From the NCBI GenBank assembly GCA_041946735.1, contig JBHGAY010000011.1:32001-96000 (forward strand): a stretch of 64,000 bases of DNA. Reading direction: 5' to 3'. Both the position numbers and the translations under genes were made by a program. This document shows, in pieces, positions 1-9,888 of this stretch (positions are counted from its first letter, which is position 1; every line of letters begins with the position of its first letter). The notes under the pieces were generated by a model. The model saw only the letters and a list, made by a program, of their open reading frames with translations. It did not search any database and had not been told where the DNA came from. The stretch is from Candidatus Eiseniibacteriota bacterium (GTDB taxonomy: Bacteria > Eisenbacteria > RBG-16-71-46 > CAIMUX01 > VGJL01).

Positions 1-1134
1 GCGCACCCTCGCGGTCCCGTCCTCGCGACCGTCCCTGTGACGAACCCGACCTCGACAGCGATCTTCAAGATCCTGATCGCTCTCAAGACGCGCAACCCGC
101 TCATCATCTCCCCGCATGGCGGAGCGCGGCGCTCGATCCGCGAGACGGCGCGCATCCTCGAGGACGCGGCAATCGCCGCTGGCGCCCCGGCCGATTGCGT
201 GCAGGTCATCACCAAGCCGCAGAAGGAGCACCTCGAGGAGGTGATGCGGCATCCGAAGCTTGCGCTGATCCTCGCGACCGGCACGGGCGGGATCGTGCGG
301 ATGGCCGAGCTGTCCGGCACGCCGACGATCGGCGTCGGGCCGGGCAACGTCCCTGTCTACATCCATGAGGACGCGGACCTCGAGATGGCGTGCCGCTTCA
401 CCGTCCATTCGAAGACGTTCGACAATGGGACGGTCTGCGCGAGCGAGCAGGCGCTCGTGATCCCGCGCTCGATCGAGCCGAGGCTGCGGCACTGCCTGAT
501 GGAACGTGGCTCGCACTTCTGCTCGCCGGAGGAGACCACGCGCTTGGACCGGATCGCCTTCGACCCCGAGAGCCGGTCGATGCGCGCCGACGTCGTCGGT
601 CGCTCCGCTGTCTCGATTGCGCAGCGCTGCGGCTTCCAGGTTCCGGAGCGGACGCGGCTTCTGATCGCCGAGCCGCTGGGTGTCGGACGCGAGCACCCGC
701 TGTCGCACGAGATCCTCGCGCCGATCCTCGCCTACTACGTCGTCGACTCCTATGAGGAGGCGTTACAGACGTGCGCCGCGTTGAACCGCCAGGGCGGGAT
801 CGGCCATACGGTCGGCCTCTACACGGAGGACGAGAAGGTGATCCGCGACTTCGCCTTCACGGTCAGCGCCGGCCGGATCTGCGTGAACCAGCCGACGACG
901 CAGGGCGCCATCGGCGGCCTCTACAACGTGCTTCGCCCGTCCCTCACGCTCGGATGCGGAACGGGGGCCGGCAACATCACGACCGACAACGTCACGACGG
1001 ATCACCTGCTCGAGATCCATCGCGTGGCGCGGCGGCGCGAGAACGCCCGCTGGATGGCGATCCAGCGGGCGACGTTCCTCGATCCCGACGTCGGGTCGGA
1101 TCGGATCGAGAGGATCTATCAGGCTGGGGCCTGA
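1..1134 (+). CDS. Acylating acetaldehyde dehydrogenase (AdhE N-domain/EutE family), 5'-truncated by window edge
   Basis: Frame is open from base 1 (AHPRGPVLATVPVTNPTST). Motifs ATGTGG, GVGPGN, catalytic FDNGTVCASEQ, HEILAP, GHT and PSLTLGCG. Confidence 0.9.
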   Translation, partial: AHPRGPVLATVPVTNPTSTAIFKILIALKTRNPLIISPHGGARRSIRETARILEDAAIAAGAPADCVQVITKPQKEHLEEVMRHPKLALILATGTGGIVRMAELSGTPTIGVGPGNVPVYIHEDADLEMACRFTVHSKTFDNGTVCASEQALVIPRSIEPRLRHCLMERGSHFCSPEETTRLDRIAFDPESRSMRADVVGRSAVSIAQRCGFQVPERTRLLIAEPLGVGREHPLSHEILAPILAYYVVDSYEEALQTCAALNRQGGIGHTVGLYTEDEKVIRDFAFTVSAGRICVNQPTTQGAIGGLYNVLRPSLTLGCGTGAGNITTDNVTTDHLLEIHRVARRRENARWMAIQRATFLDPDVGSDRIERIYQAGA

Positions 1135-1181
1135 CGGGGGCGTGACGGGGAGCGTGACGGCGGCCGGCCTTCGCACACGCT

Positions 1182-2240
1182 CTACGCCCGCGCCTCCAGC
1201 ACCATGTTGAACGGCGTCTCGGCGGCGCGGCGCACCTGCTTGAATCCCGCGTCCATCAGCACCTGGCGCAGGCGCGCCTCTCCCGCCTGGGCGCCCAGCG
1301 CGGCGCCGACCTCCTGGGAGAGCGAGCACTGCGTGCAGACGAGCGTCGAGGCGGTGTAGTAGACCCGCCCGACCGGGTTCAGGTTGTCCTCGACGCGGTC
1401 GCCGGCCATCGGCTCGACGACCATCAAGGTCCCGCCTGGGGCGAGCGCCTCGCGCGCGTGAGCGGCGGCGCCGACCGGGTCGCCCATGTCGTGCAGGCAG
1501 TCGAAGAACGCGATCAGGTCGTAATCTTTGCCGGGAAAGGTCTTCGCCATGCTGACCTCGAAGTTGAGGTTGCCGTTCGTGCCGGCGACCTGGGCGCGCT
1601 GGCGGGCCGTCTCGATCGAAGGTCCGTGGTAGTCGAAGCCGATGAAGCGGGACCGCGGGAAGGCGTTGGCCATGAGGATCGTGGAGACGCCGTGGCCGCA
1701 TCCGACGTCCGCGACCTTTGCCCCCGAGCGCAGCTTCGCCTCGACGCCGTCGAGGGCCGGGATCCAGGACGAGATCAGGTTGCCCAGGTAGGTCGAGCGG
1801 AAGAACTTCTCCGTCCCCTCGAACAGCGTGTGATGGTGCTCGTGCCAGCCCACCCCCTTGCCGGTCCGGAACGCGTCGGTGACCTTCGGCTCGTCGAACA
1901 GCATCGAGGTGCAGAGCGAGAACGCCGGGGTGATGTAGGCCGGACTGTCCTGCTGGGTCAGCGCCATGGCGTGCTCCTCTGGCAGCTCGTACTTCTCGGT
2001 CTTCGGGTCGTAGCTGATGTAGCCGCCCGCCGCTTGGCCGTTCAGCCACTCGCGCACCGACCGCTCGTTGGTGCCCGTCCGCTGCGCCAGCTCCTGTGGA
2101 GTCAGCGGGCCCGCGCCGGCCATCGCCTTGTAGAGGCCGAGCTTGTCCCCCATCAGGACCAGCGCGGTGTTCAGCGCGGCGCCGAGATCCGACACCACGC
2201 GGCCGAGAAACTCATCCAGCTTCTTCTCGTCGATCGCCAT
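1182..2240 (-). CDS. Class I SAM-dependent methyltransferase with N-terminal wHTH (Rv2258c-like)
   Basis: DVGCGHG, FFDCLHDMGDP, LGAQAGE motifs. ATG 2240 has a GGAGAAGG RBS; alternative start at 2270. Confidence 0.88.
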   Translation of the reverse strand: MAIDEKKLDEFLGRVVSDLGAALNTALVLMGDKLGLYKAMAGAGPLTPQELAQRTGTNERSVREWLNGQAAGGYISYDPKTEKYELPEEHAMALTQQDSPAYITPAFSLCTSMLFDEPKVTDAFRTGKGVGWHEHHHTLFEGTEKFFRSTYLGNLISSWIPALDGVEAKLRSGAKVADVGCGHGVSTILMANAFPRSRFIGFDYHGPSIETARQRAQVAGTNGNLNFEVSMAKTFPGKDYDLIAFFDCLHDMGDPVGAAAHAREALAPGGTLMVVEPMAGDRVEDNLNPVGRVYYTASTLVCTQCSLSQEVGAALGAQAGEARLRQVLMDAGFKQVRRAAETPFNMVLEARA

Positions 2241-2771
2241 GACCTTCTCCCCGCGGCCGGCTGTTGCCATCCCTTGCTCGCGATCCCGGCGATCGAGTCG
2301 CGGGACCTCTCTCCCCGGGCTTTCCGGGACAGGGTGAGTCTCGGGGAGGTCCGGCGAGCCCGATAGCCGCACGAGGATGCGGGCCGAGCCGCTGTGAGAA
2401 GGGTCAAGGCCTTTCTTCCCGCATGAGCATGCGAGGCGGAAGGCAAAAGCCAACGGGCTCAGCGGCTCCGAGCGGCCCGAGCCGGCCGTCACGGTACCGT
2501 CTCGTCAGTTCCCCAACAAAGGAGAACGTGCTAACATCCGTTCGCCAATGAATCCACAGCCTCCGCGGCCGTCAGAAGCCGCCTTTTGCCAGCGCCTGCT
2601 TATGGATGCCCAGTCCAGAGCGCGACAGCTGAAAGCGCCTTTCTCCGTGCCTGTTGAGCGCATGTGGCGCCCAAAGGTCGATGGCGGGGAGTCACCTCCT
2701 GCGGATTCTCATGCCTTGGAACATCCCTGGACCTTCGGTGTGAGCCGGATCTTCTGCCCCGTACCTACACG

Positions 2772-2799
2772 AACCTTCACATGCTAACCTTCACATGCT
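2772..2799 (+). repeat. Perfect 14-bp tandem duplication AACCTTCACATGCT x2 spanning the MBOAT start codon
   Basis: Copies at 2772-2785 and 2786-2799, read directly. Confidence 0.9.
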
Positions 2800-4276
2800 C
2801 TTCGACACGCCGGTTTACATAGTCTTTCTGGTTTTGGTCGTTCTGGCCTACTGGCGACTGCCACCCCGTCGGCAAAACGCGTTCCTCTTGCTCGCCAGCG
2901 TCGTCTTCTACGCTTGGTGGGACTACCGCTTTCTGGCATTGCTCCTCGGATCAGCGCTTGTTGGCTTCGCCTGTGGTCTTTTGATTGACCGCTCAAAGCA
3001 TCCACGACGGCGCCACGCTTTTGTGGCAGCTGGTCTCCTCGTAAGCCTCGTAACACTCGGCGCCTTCAAGTACTTCAACTTCTTCGTCGATTCGCTGCAA
3101 TCGGCGATGGCCCCGTTAGGGTTCGCACGCTTCCCGAGAGTCGTCCTCCAAACCGTGCTTCCTCCGGGCATTTCGTTTTACACTTTCCAGCAAGTCGCCT
3201 ACCTGGTAGAAGTCCATCGCAAGACAATAAGGCCGTCGCGAAGCATTGTAGACTACTCGCTCTTCCTGAGTTTATTCCCACATCTCATCGCCGGACCGAT
3301 TCAGAGACCCGGTCATCTTCTGCCTCAGGTGGAAGGCCCGAGGACGTGCAACCACGATCAGATGGTTGACGGCGTGATGTTGATAGTAACGGGGCTGTTT
3401 CGCAAATGCGTAATCGCAAACGGCAGCGCGATGATCGCAAATGCTGCCTTCGGGGGACAGCTCGGACCACCATCGTTGCCCCTGCTGCTCCTTGGGGCCT
3501 ACAGCTTCGCGCTCCAGATCTATGGTGATTTCAGCGGCTACTCCGACATAGCGCGTGGAAGCGCAAAGCTCATGGGGTTCGAGTTCGTCCTGAACTTCCG
3601 GCAGCCGTACTTGGCGACAACGGTTCAGGACTTCTGGCGTCGTTGGCACATCAGCCTGAGCACCTGGCTTCGTGACTATCTGTTCCTGCCCTTGAGTTAT
3701 TGGCTGTCGAGATCCATGCAGAAGGAGCGATGGTTCGGTATCAAGAGGGATCTTTGGATCTACGGGGTAGCGAGCATCGGCACCATGCTCATAGGCGGGT
3801 TGTGGCATGGCGCGAGCTGGACGTTCCTGGTCTGGGGAGGGTTCTGGGGCGTTTGTCTGGCTTTAGAAAGGGGATTCTGGAGTCTGCTCGGGCCGGCGGG
3901 GCGTAGGAATCCGATGAGGTGGGTGCATCCGGGTTTGCGCTCCTGGAGGACCTGGGGGATGCGCCTCATGGTATTCCACCTAGCGTGCCTCGCGTGGGTG
4001 CTGTTCCGTGTCGATTCACTCGCACAGGCAGGCCGGCTTCTTTCGGGCGCGCTCGCAGTAGACTGGAGGGCTGACTACGGTCCCAGCGCCATCTACTTGT
4101 TGGTGCTCTCGTTGCCGATGGGTCTGCTCGACCTAACTATGGAGTCCCGCGGGTGGGAGTACCCGGTGGCCGACAGGGGCATCCTAGCCAAGATGGCATG
4201 CGCAGTGATTCTCATTGGCGCGATTGCGCTTTGCTCGGCCGGCAACGTCAGCGCATTCATATACTTTCAGTTCTGA
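2795..4276 (+). CDS. MBOAT family O-acyltransferase (AlgI/PatA/DltB-like)
   Basis: LPPGISFYTFQ, FPHLIAGPI, QIYGDFSGYSDIARG, FWRRWHISLSTWLRDY, GLWHGA and terminal FIYFQF. Confidence 0.95.
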   Translation: MLFDTPVYIVFLVLVVLAYWRLPPRRQNAFLLLASVVFYAWWDYRFLALLLGSALVGFACGLLIDRSKHPRRRHAFVAAGLLVSLVTLGAFKYFNFFVDSLQSAMAPLGFARFPRVVLQTVLPPGISFYTFQQVAYLVEVHRKTIRPSRSIVDYSLFLSLFPHLIAGPIQRPGHLLPQVEGPRTCNHDQMVDGVMLIVTGLFRKCVIANGSAMIANAAFGGQLGPPSLPLLLLGAYSFALQIYGDFSGYSDIARGSAKLMGFEFVLNFRQPYLATTVQDFWRRWHISLSTWLRDYLFLPLSYWLSRSMQKERWFGIKRDLWIYGVASIGTMLIGGLWHGASWTFLVWGGFWGVCLALERGFWSLLGPAGRRNPMRWVHPGLRSWRTWGMRLMVFHLACLAWVLFRVDSLAQAGRLLSGALAVDWRADYGPSAIYLLVLSLPMGLLDLTMESRGWEYPVADRGILAKMACAVILIGAIALCSAGNVSAFIYFQF

Positions 4277-4284
4277 GGGGCGAG

Positions 4285-5247
4285 ATGGCCAAAGGGCGGT
4301 TTGAGCTTGCGATGCTGTTGGCGGCTGTTGTCGCGATGCTGCTTGGGCTGGAGGGCGTTACGCGCCTCGGTTTCGACCGCGTAGATCGCGGGCAGAAGAA
4401 GTTGACAAGGCAATGGGAAGACGCGGTCCGCGCGGCTCCTGAAGGTTCGTGCATTCTCATTGTTGTTGGCAACTCTCTGCTTGATGCCGCGCTTGACCGA
4501 GAATGGGCGCGTCTTTCACTCGCAGCAGAGTTCGACGTTCGGGTGGTCACAGTACCTGATACGCGATTTTTCGACTGGTACTTCGGGATTCAGAAGCTGA
4601 TCGCGGATGGTGCTCGACCATCGGTAGTTGCGTTGATGATCGGAGAGGAAGCGCTGGTCCAGAAGGGAACCCGGAAGGAGTATTCAGCCCAATACTTGTT
4701 CCGGGGTAGTGACATCATTAGCGTCGCGAGGCAGACAGCGTTGGGTCGGAATGAGGCTGCCGACCTGCTTCTTGGGGAGGTGAGCAAGTTCTGGGGAGCA
4801 CGGGCGGAGATCAGGAAGTCGGTTTTGGGGAAACCTCTCCCAGAGGTCGGCCGGCTCTTGCAGCGCCTGGCCACCAGGCGGGCAGGGGTCAGGACGCCAG
4901 ACTCTTTATGTGCGGAGTCGACCGAGCGCTTGGAGTTGCTGAGAAAACTGGGGGAGACTTGCGGCTTCCAAGCTTGGTACGTCGTGGCTCCGCGCGTAGG
5001 AAGAGCGGAGGACATCGAAGCCATTCGAATGGCCGGTGAGCAAGCGAAGATCCCCGTGATTGTCCCCCTCGAGACGAGGGACGTTTCCGCCGAGGACTTT
5101 ACCGACGGATACCATCTGCGGCGAGAGCGGGGACTTCTGTTCACGCGCGCATTCGTAGAAACCGTACTTGCGCTAACGGCGCATGCGAAGAGGAGTGATG
5201 TCCGCCCAGCAGGCTTGTCGGAGCAGGCGCGTCGTCGCACGCCCTGA
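4285..5247 (+). CDS. Membrane-anchored SGNH-like/DltD-like partner of the MBOAT acyltransferase
   Basis: N-terminal TM helix, VVGNS block-I motif and C-terminal FTDGYHL (DxxH); starts 8 bp after the MBOAT stop. Confidence 0.65.
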   Translation: MAKGRFELAMLLAAVVAMLLGLEGVTRLGFDRVDRGQKKLTRQWEDAVRAAPEGSCILIVVGNSLLDAALDREWARLSLAAEFDVRVVTVPDTRFFDWYFGIQKLIADGARPSVVALMIGEEALVQKGTRKEYSAQYLFRGSDIISVARQTALGRNEAADLLLGEVSKFWGARAEIRKSVLGKPLPEVGRLLQRLATRRAGVRTPDSLCAESTERLELLRKLGETCGFQAWYVVAPRVGRAEDIEAIRMAGEQAKIPVIVPLETRDVSAEDFTDGYHLRRERGLLFTRAFVETVLALTAHAKRSDVRPAGLSEQARRRTP

Positions 5248-5322
5248 TGCCCGGCCGCATAGGCTGTCGCGTCCCCCTGGAAGTAGAGGTAACGGTTCTT
5301 GCCGCCTCCCGCTAGGAATGCG

Positions 5323-5604
5323 CTAGGAATCCATCCCGATCGAGAACATCCGCTCGAGGTCGTAGCGCGAGTAGGAGCGGAAGGCGATCAATGTCTCGGT
5401 GGAGTCGACCCCGTCGACGCGTGCGAGGGACTTCGTGACGAGGTCGGCCACGTCTTCGTTGCGCCGGACGCGGAGGATCGCGACTAAGTCCCACTCGCCG
5501 GCCACCGAATAGACCTCGGTGATGCCGTCGATGCGCGAGAGCGTCTCGGCTGCGCTGGCGACGACTCCAGGCTCGACGGAGATCAGAACGATTGCGGTCA
5601 CCAT
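5323..5604 (-). CDS. Lrp/AsnC ligand-binding (RAM) domain protein
   Basis: MVTAIVLI...EVYSVAGEWDLVAILR...TETLIAF; no HTH. Confidence 0.9.
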   Translation of the reverse strand: MVTAIVLISVEPGVVASAAETLSRIDGITEVYSVAGEWDLVAILRVRRNEDVADLVTKSLARVDGVDSTETLIAFRSYSRYDLERMFSIGMDS

Positions 5605-5661
5605 CTTCGTTTCCTCCTCGGGATCGGCCCCGGCATTGGCGGCCGGGTGGGCGAGCGAGCG

Positions 5662-6420
5662 TCAGATCAGCACTGCACCGCCGTTCACATTGAGCGTGGC
5701 GCCCGTGATGTGTCGCGCGAGCGGCGAGCACAGGAAGACGACCGGCGCCGCGACGTCCTCCGGCTCGCCGGGACGGCCGAGCGGGATCGGCTCTTTCAGC
5801 GATTCCGCGATCCGCTCGGGGCGCAGCGCCTCCTCGGTCATGTCGGTCCGGATCCACCCGGGAGCGACCGCGTTGACGCGGATCCCGCGCGGACCGAGCT
5901 CCACGGCGAGCGACTTCGTCAGCGACAGGACCGCTCCCTTCGAGGCGGCGTAATGCCCGTGGTGCGCCTCGCCGCGCTGTCCGGCCGTCGAAGCGACGTT
6001 GACGATCGCCGCCCCCTCCACCCGGCGGAGCAACGGCACTGCGGCCCGGCAGGTATGGAACGTCCCCGCGAGATTGACCTGGATCATCCGCCAGAAATCG
6101 GCGTCGGTCATCGTGTCGATCGAGCCTTCCGTCCAGATCCCGGCATTGTTGACCAGGAAGTCGAGGCGGCCCAGCTCCTGAGCCACGCGCTGGAGCATGA
6201 GGTCGACGCGCGCCGGATCGGCGACGTCGGCCCCGACGGTGAGGGCGCGCCTTCCGGCTCGCTCGACGTCGCCGGCGACCGCGAGGGCGAGGTCGGCGCG
6301 CCGGCGATAGTTGATCGCGACGTCGCAGCCGGCCTGGGCGAACAGCCTGCAGCAGGCCGCCCCGATGCCGCGCGATCCGCCCGTGACGAGCGCGACGCGG
6401 CCGGTGAGATCGATCTTCAT
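5662..6420 (-). CDS. SDR oxidoreductase (FabG-like)
   Basis: TGGSRGIG, NNAG, YAASK, VNAVAPGWIRT; ATGA overlap with the upstream gene's stop. Confidence 0.93.
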   Translation of the reverse strand: MKIDLTGRVALVTGGSRGIGAACCRLFAQAGCDVAINYRRRADLALAVAGDVERAGRRALTVGADVADPARVDLMLQRVAQELGRLDFLVNNAGIWTEGSIDTMTDADFWRMIQVNLAGTFHTCRAAVPLLRRVEGAAIVNVASTAGQRGEAHHGHYAASKGAVLSLTKSLAVELGPRGIRVNAVAPGWIRTDMTEEALRPERIAESLKEPIPLGRPGEPEDVAAPVVFLCSPLARHITGATLNVNGGAVLI

Positions 6421-7571
6421 GCCGGCACCCTCCCGAGCGGCTCGCCGGCTGAGGCGCCGGCTGGGGCCGGGGCCGCGCCGGGCGCCGCGCCCGGGGCTGC
6501 TCCTGCGCCGGCCGCGGCGGCGGCATCCCGCTCGCGCTGGAACAGCGCGCGCAGGCGCAGGTCGGAGCGGCAGGCGGCGCGGGCCTCCTCGGCGAGAGAC
6601 GTTACTTCGTCCCGCCCGATGCGGACGCGCTCGGTTAGCACCGCCGGCGAGGAGACGAGGCGGCCGAGGGTGCGCAAGGCGAGGAGCACCGGCCAGAGGC
6701 AGAAGAGGCGGACGCGGTCGGCGCGCGCCGGCAGCGCGAGGATGTAGGGGAAGCCTTCCTCGAGATGGCGGAGCGCTCGCGCCGCCATCTCCTGCACGAC
6801 AGCGCTCGCTTCCGCACGCCTGGCGGGATCGGCGAGATCGCGTGTCGTCGTCCCGTGGCGGCGGGCGATCTCCTCCGGAACGTACGACCAGCCGCGCGCG
6901 CGATCGACCGACACATCCTGCAGGATGTTCGTCCCCTGAAGTCCGAGGCCGAGGAGAACCGCCTGATGGCGATGCTGCGGCCCGGTCGCCGCGGCGATCT
7001 CGGCTCGAGCGGCGAGGAAGATCTCGTCGAGCATGGCGCCGACCGTCCCGGCGACGTAGTACTCGTAGGCGTCCAGCTCGGCGCAGGTTTCGAGCGAGGT
7101 CCACGCGCTCGTTCCCGCGTCGAGGCGGACGAACCGGGCCATCCCGAGGGCCGTCTCGATCGCGCGCCGGCGGATCCGCTCCTGCATGGCGGGCGGTTCG
7201 GCGTCGAGCAGGCGGAGCAGAGCCGGGAGCCCGTCGAGCAGGCGGGCCTCGGCCGTTTCGCCGCCGGCGACACTTGCGGGAAGCACAGAAGCCGCAGAAA
7301 CAGCGGACAGGGCGGATGCCGCGCGCCCGACCTCCTCTGCGGAGCCCGGGGGCATCGAGAGCAGCGACGCGAACTGCACGAGCTGCTCGGCCCGGACCGG
7401 CCCCGGCAGTCCGGGGACGTCCTCGATCGTGTCGGCCACGCGGAAGAGCAGATACGCGAGGCGCACCGGCCCCTGCAGGTCGGCCGGGAGTCTCTCGATC
7501 GCCGGGGCGAACGTCCGAGAGACGAGCGGCAGCATGGCTCGCGCGAACGCGAGGTCGGCGGCGCGCCTCAC
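6417..7571 (-). CDS. Squalene/phytoene synthase family protein
   Basis: VSRTF, YLLFRVADTIED, YYVAGTVG, GLGLQGTNILQD; GTG 7571 overlaps the Maf stop (GTGA). Confidence 0.88.
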   Translation of the reverse strand: MRRAADLAFARAMLPLVSRTFAPAIERLPADLQGPVRLAYLLFRVADTIEDVPGLPGPVRAEQLVQFASLLSMPPGSAEEVGRAASALSAVSAASVLPASVAGGETAEARLLDGLPALLRLLDAEPPAMQERIRRRAIETALGMARFVRLDAGTSAWTSLETCAELDAYEYYVAGTVGAMLDEIFLAARAEIAAATGPQHRHQAVLLGLGLQGTNILQDVSVDRARGWSYVPEEIARRHGTTTRDLADPARRAEASAVVQEMAARALRHLEEGFPYILALPARADRVRLFCLWPVLLALRTLGRLVSSPAVLTERVRIGRDEVTSLAEEARAACRSDLRLRALFQRERDAAAAAGAGAAPGAAPGAAPAPAGASAGEPLGRVPA

Positions 7572-8197
7572 CGTCCCCTCCGGTGGAGCAGGTCCAGCGG
7601 ATCGAGCCCGGCCGCTTCGAGAAGCCTGCGAGTCGCGATGAGAGGCAGTCCCACGATTGCGGTCGGATCGTCGCATCGGAGGGAATCGAACAGGAGGATT
7701 CCGAGCGCCTCGCTCTTGTACGACCCTGCGCAGTCGAGCGGCGCCTCCCGCCGCACGTAGGCCTCGATCTGCTCGAGCCGGAGAGGGCGCATTCGCAGGT
7801 GCGCGACGACGATCTCGATCTCCTCGAGGCCGTCGGGGGAGCGGAGGACGACGCCGGTGTGGAGTGTGTGCTCGCGCCCGCTCAGGAACTGGAGCTGCTC
7901 GATCGCGCGTACGGGGGTGCCGGGCTTCTCGAGGATCTGCCCGTCGCAATATCCCACCTGATCGCTCGCGAGAATCCAGGCGTCGGGACGGAGCGCCCCG
8001 CCCGCGCGCGCCTTTCCAACGGCGTTCTCGCGCACCGTCTCATCGGGGTCGCTGCGGCGCACCTCCTTCCAACCGGGGTCGATCGAATCGAACGGCAGGG
8101 CGAGGCGCTCGAGGAGCGCCCGGCGATAGGGGGAGGTCGAGGCGAGAACGAGCCGAGGCCATTCCCGTCCGGCCGGTTCCTCGTCGGGTGGCGTCAT
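7568..8197 (-). CDS. maf: Maf family nucleotide pyrophosphatase (YceF-like)
   Basis: LVLASTSPYRRALL, ASDQV, LEKPG, CAGSYKSEALG, IVGLP; ATGA-coupled start. Confidence 0.92.
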   Translation of the reverse strand: MTPPDEEPAGREWPRLVLASTSPYRRALLERLALPFDSIDPGWKEVRRSDPDETVRENAVGKARAGGALRPDAWILASDQVGYCDGQILEKPGTPVRAIEQLQFLSGREHTLHTGVVLRSPDGLEEIEIVVAHLRMRPLRLEQIEAYVRREAPLDCAGSYKSEALGILLFDSLRCDDPTAIVGLPLIATRRLLEAAGLDPLDLLHRRGR

Positions 8198-9888
8198 CGC
8201 GAAGGAGAATGCTCGATCCGCCGGTAGAGCTGGTACTCCCGGATGGCCTTCTCGAACCGGTACTCGCCGGCGATTCTCTCGCGCAGCCAAGCGAACTGCG
8301 GCTGCTCGAGATCATAGTTCGGGAGGACCGGCGCGTAGACGAAGTAGACAGGCGGATGGCGATCGAAGCTCGCCCGGAGTTCGTCCATCGCGCCCGGGAC
8401 GTCGGCGCGCGCCGGCGGGGCGTCCCGCACGGTCGGGGCAATGTTCGGGCCGACGATCGGTAACAGGCTGTAGAAGCGCCCGGGGGCGGAGCGCTGCGCG
8501 AAGTAGTAGACGGCCGGCTTCGGTCCCCACACGAGGATCGTTTCGCCCGGCGAGGTCTGCGACCGGATCTCCTCTCCGACCGGAACCTCCGCCCACGTGA
8601 AGGGGCGGTCACGGAATGTCCACTCTCCGAAATACTCCGAGAAGCCGCGGACCATCGCCGCTCCGGTGTCGAGGAACAGGAAGCCGGCGACGACGAGCAG
8701 GGCGGCCCGGCCGGGAGCCGTCCCGCGCGACGGCCAGAGCTCCTGGATCGAGAGGAATCCCAGGAGGCAGAGCGGCGGCACGAGGAGCTGCAGGTAATGG
8801 GGGAACGGCCTCCCGCCGGCGCTCACCATCGCGGCGGAAACGGCGAGCCAGATGAAGGTCCACAGGACCGACGCGCGAGGCGTGCGGGTCGGAGCGACCG
8901 CACCGGACGCGACCGGCTCGCGCTCGCGCAGGACCGGCAGGAGCAGAGCGAGCGACGCGAGAGCGCCGGCCGGCAGGAAGGGGTGATCGCGGAGGACCGT
9001 GTTCGAGAGGACGATTGAATCGCGGATGCGAAACAGGACGCCGGTGTCGCCGAGCCGCTGCGTCATCATGAACGTGATCGTCTCGTAGAGGAAGTCGCCG
9101 AGCGCCCGGTGGGCGGCGAAGTAGAGGCCGGCTGCGGCAAGGGGCACGAGCCATCCAGCGCCCAGGAACGGGATCCGCCAAGCGGCCTCCCTCACGCGTG
9201 CCGCCACACCCCGCTCCTTCGAGAGAGCGGCGGTGGCGAGGACGGGAACGGCGAGCAGGAACGCCCCATTCTGCTTCATGAGCGTGGCGAGCCCGAGGAG
9301 GAATCCGGCCAGGAGATCGTCGCGGCGCCGCCCGGACAGGGACACCGAAAGGCCGAGGAACGCCGGGAGAAGCAGAAACGGCTCCGCCGTGGCGTTGTTG
9401 GCCTCGAGTAAGGGCGACACGGCATAGAAGGCGTAGGCGATCATCGCGAGGCGAGCCGGCGCCGGCCGCAACATCCGCCTCGCAAGGACGTAGAACGCGG
9501 CGACGCCGAGGAACTGATAGATAAGGTGGACGATCCGGACGCCGAACATTCCCCCGTGGAGGGGGAGCGCGAGAGCGTAGATGTAGTACAGGCCGGGGAA
9601 ATGATTGTCCCAGAAGTCGCGATAGAGGACGAAGCTCGACGACGCATGCTGGCCGAAGACCGCGTAGAGCGCCTCGTCGCGGCCGACGAAGGGGACGCGC
9701 AGGTAGGGGATCAGGAAGTAGAGAAGGACGAAGGCGGCCGCGGCGAAGGCGAGCAGGTCGAGGGCCGGGGCATGGGAGCGCCGGCGGGGGCTCGCCCCCC
9801 GCTCCGGCGTTCCGTCGCGCGCTTGCGCGTCACCCATCCGGGTTCCTCTCGATGCCGCCGCGGGGCGGCGCTCCACCTCATGCATCAT
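8194..9888 (-). CDS. ArnT/PMT-like GT-C membrane glycosyltransferase
   Basis: Multi-TM; RDEALY, LYRDFWDNHFPG, LMKQNG, FPHYL motifs. Confidence 0.8.
   Translation of the reverse strand: MMHEVERRPAAASRGTRMGDAQARDGTPERGASPRRRSHAPALDLLAFAAAAFVLLYFLIPYLRVPFVGRDEALYAVFGQHASSSFVLYRDFWDNHFPGLYYIYALALPLHGGMFGVRIVHLIYQFLGVAAFYVLARRMLRPAPARLAMIAYAFYAVSPLLEANNATAEPFLLLPAFLGLSVSLSGRRRDDLLAGFLLGLATLMKQNGAFLLAVPVLATAALSKERGVAARVREAAWRIPFLGAGWLVPLAAAGLYFAAHRALGDFLYETITFMMTQRLGDTGVLFRIRDSIVLSNTVLRDHPFLPAGALASLALLLPVLREREPVASGAVAPTRTPRASVLWTFIWLAVSAAMVSAGGRPFPHYLQLLVPPLCLLGFLSIQELWPSRGTAPGRAALLVVAGFLFLDTGAAMVRGFSEYFGEWTFRDRPFTWAEVPVGEEIRSQTSPGETILVWGPKPAVYYFAQRSAPGRFYSLLPIVGPNIAPTVRDAPPARADVPGAMDELRASFDRHPPVYFVYAPVLPNYDLEQPQFAWLRERIAGEYRFEKAIREYQLYRRIEHSPSR

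Noticed and set aside
2548..2787. 79-aa ORF upstream of the MBOAT as an acyl carrier protein or transposase remnant
   Set aside because: No DSL phosphopantetheine motif and no recognisable transposase motif.
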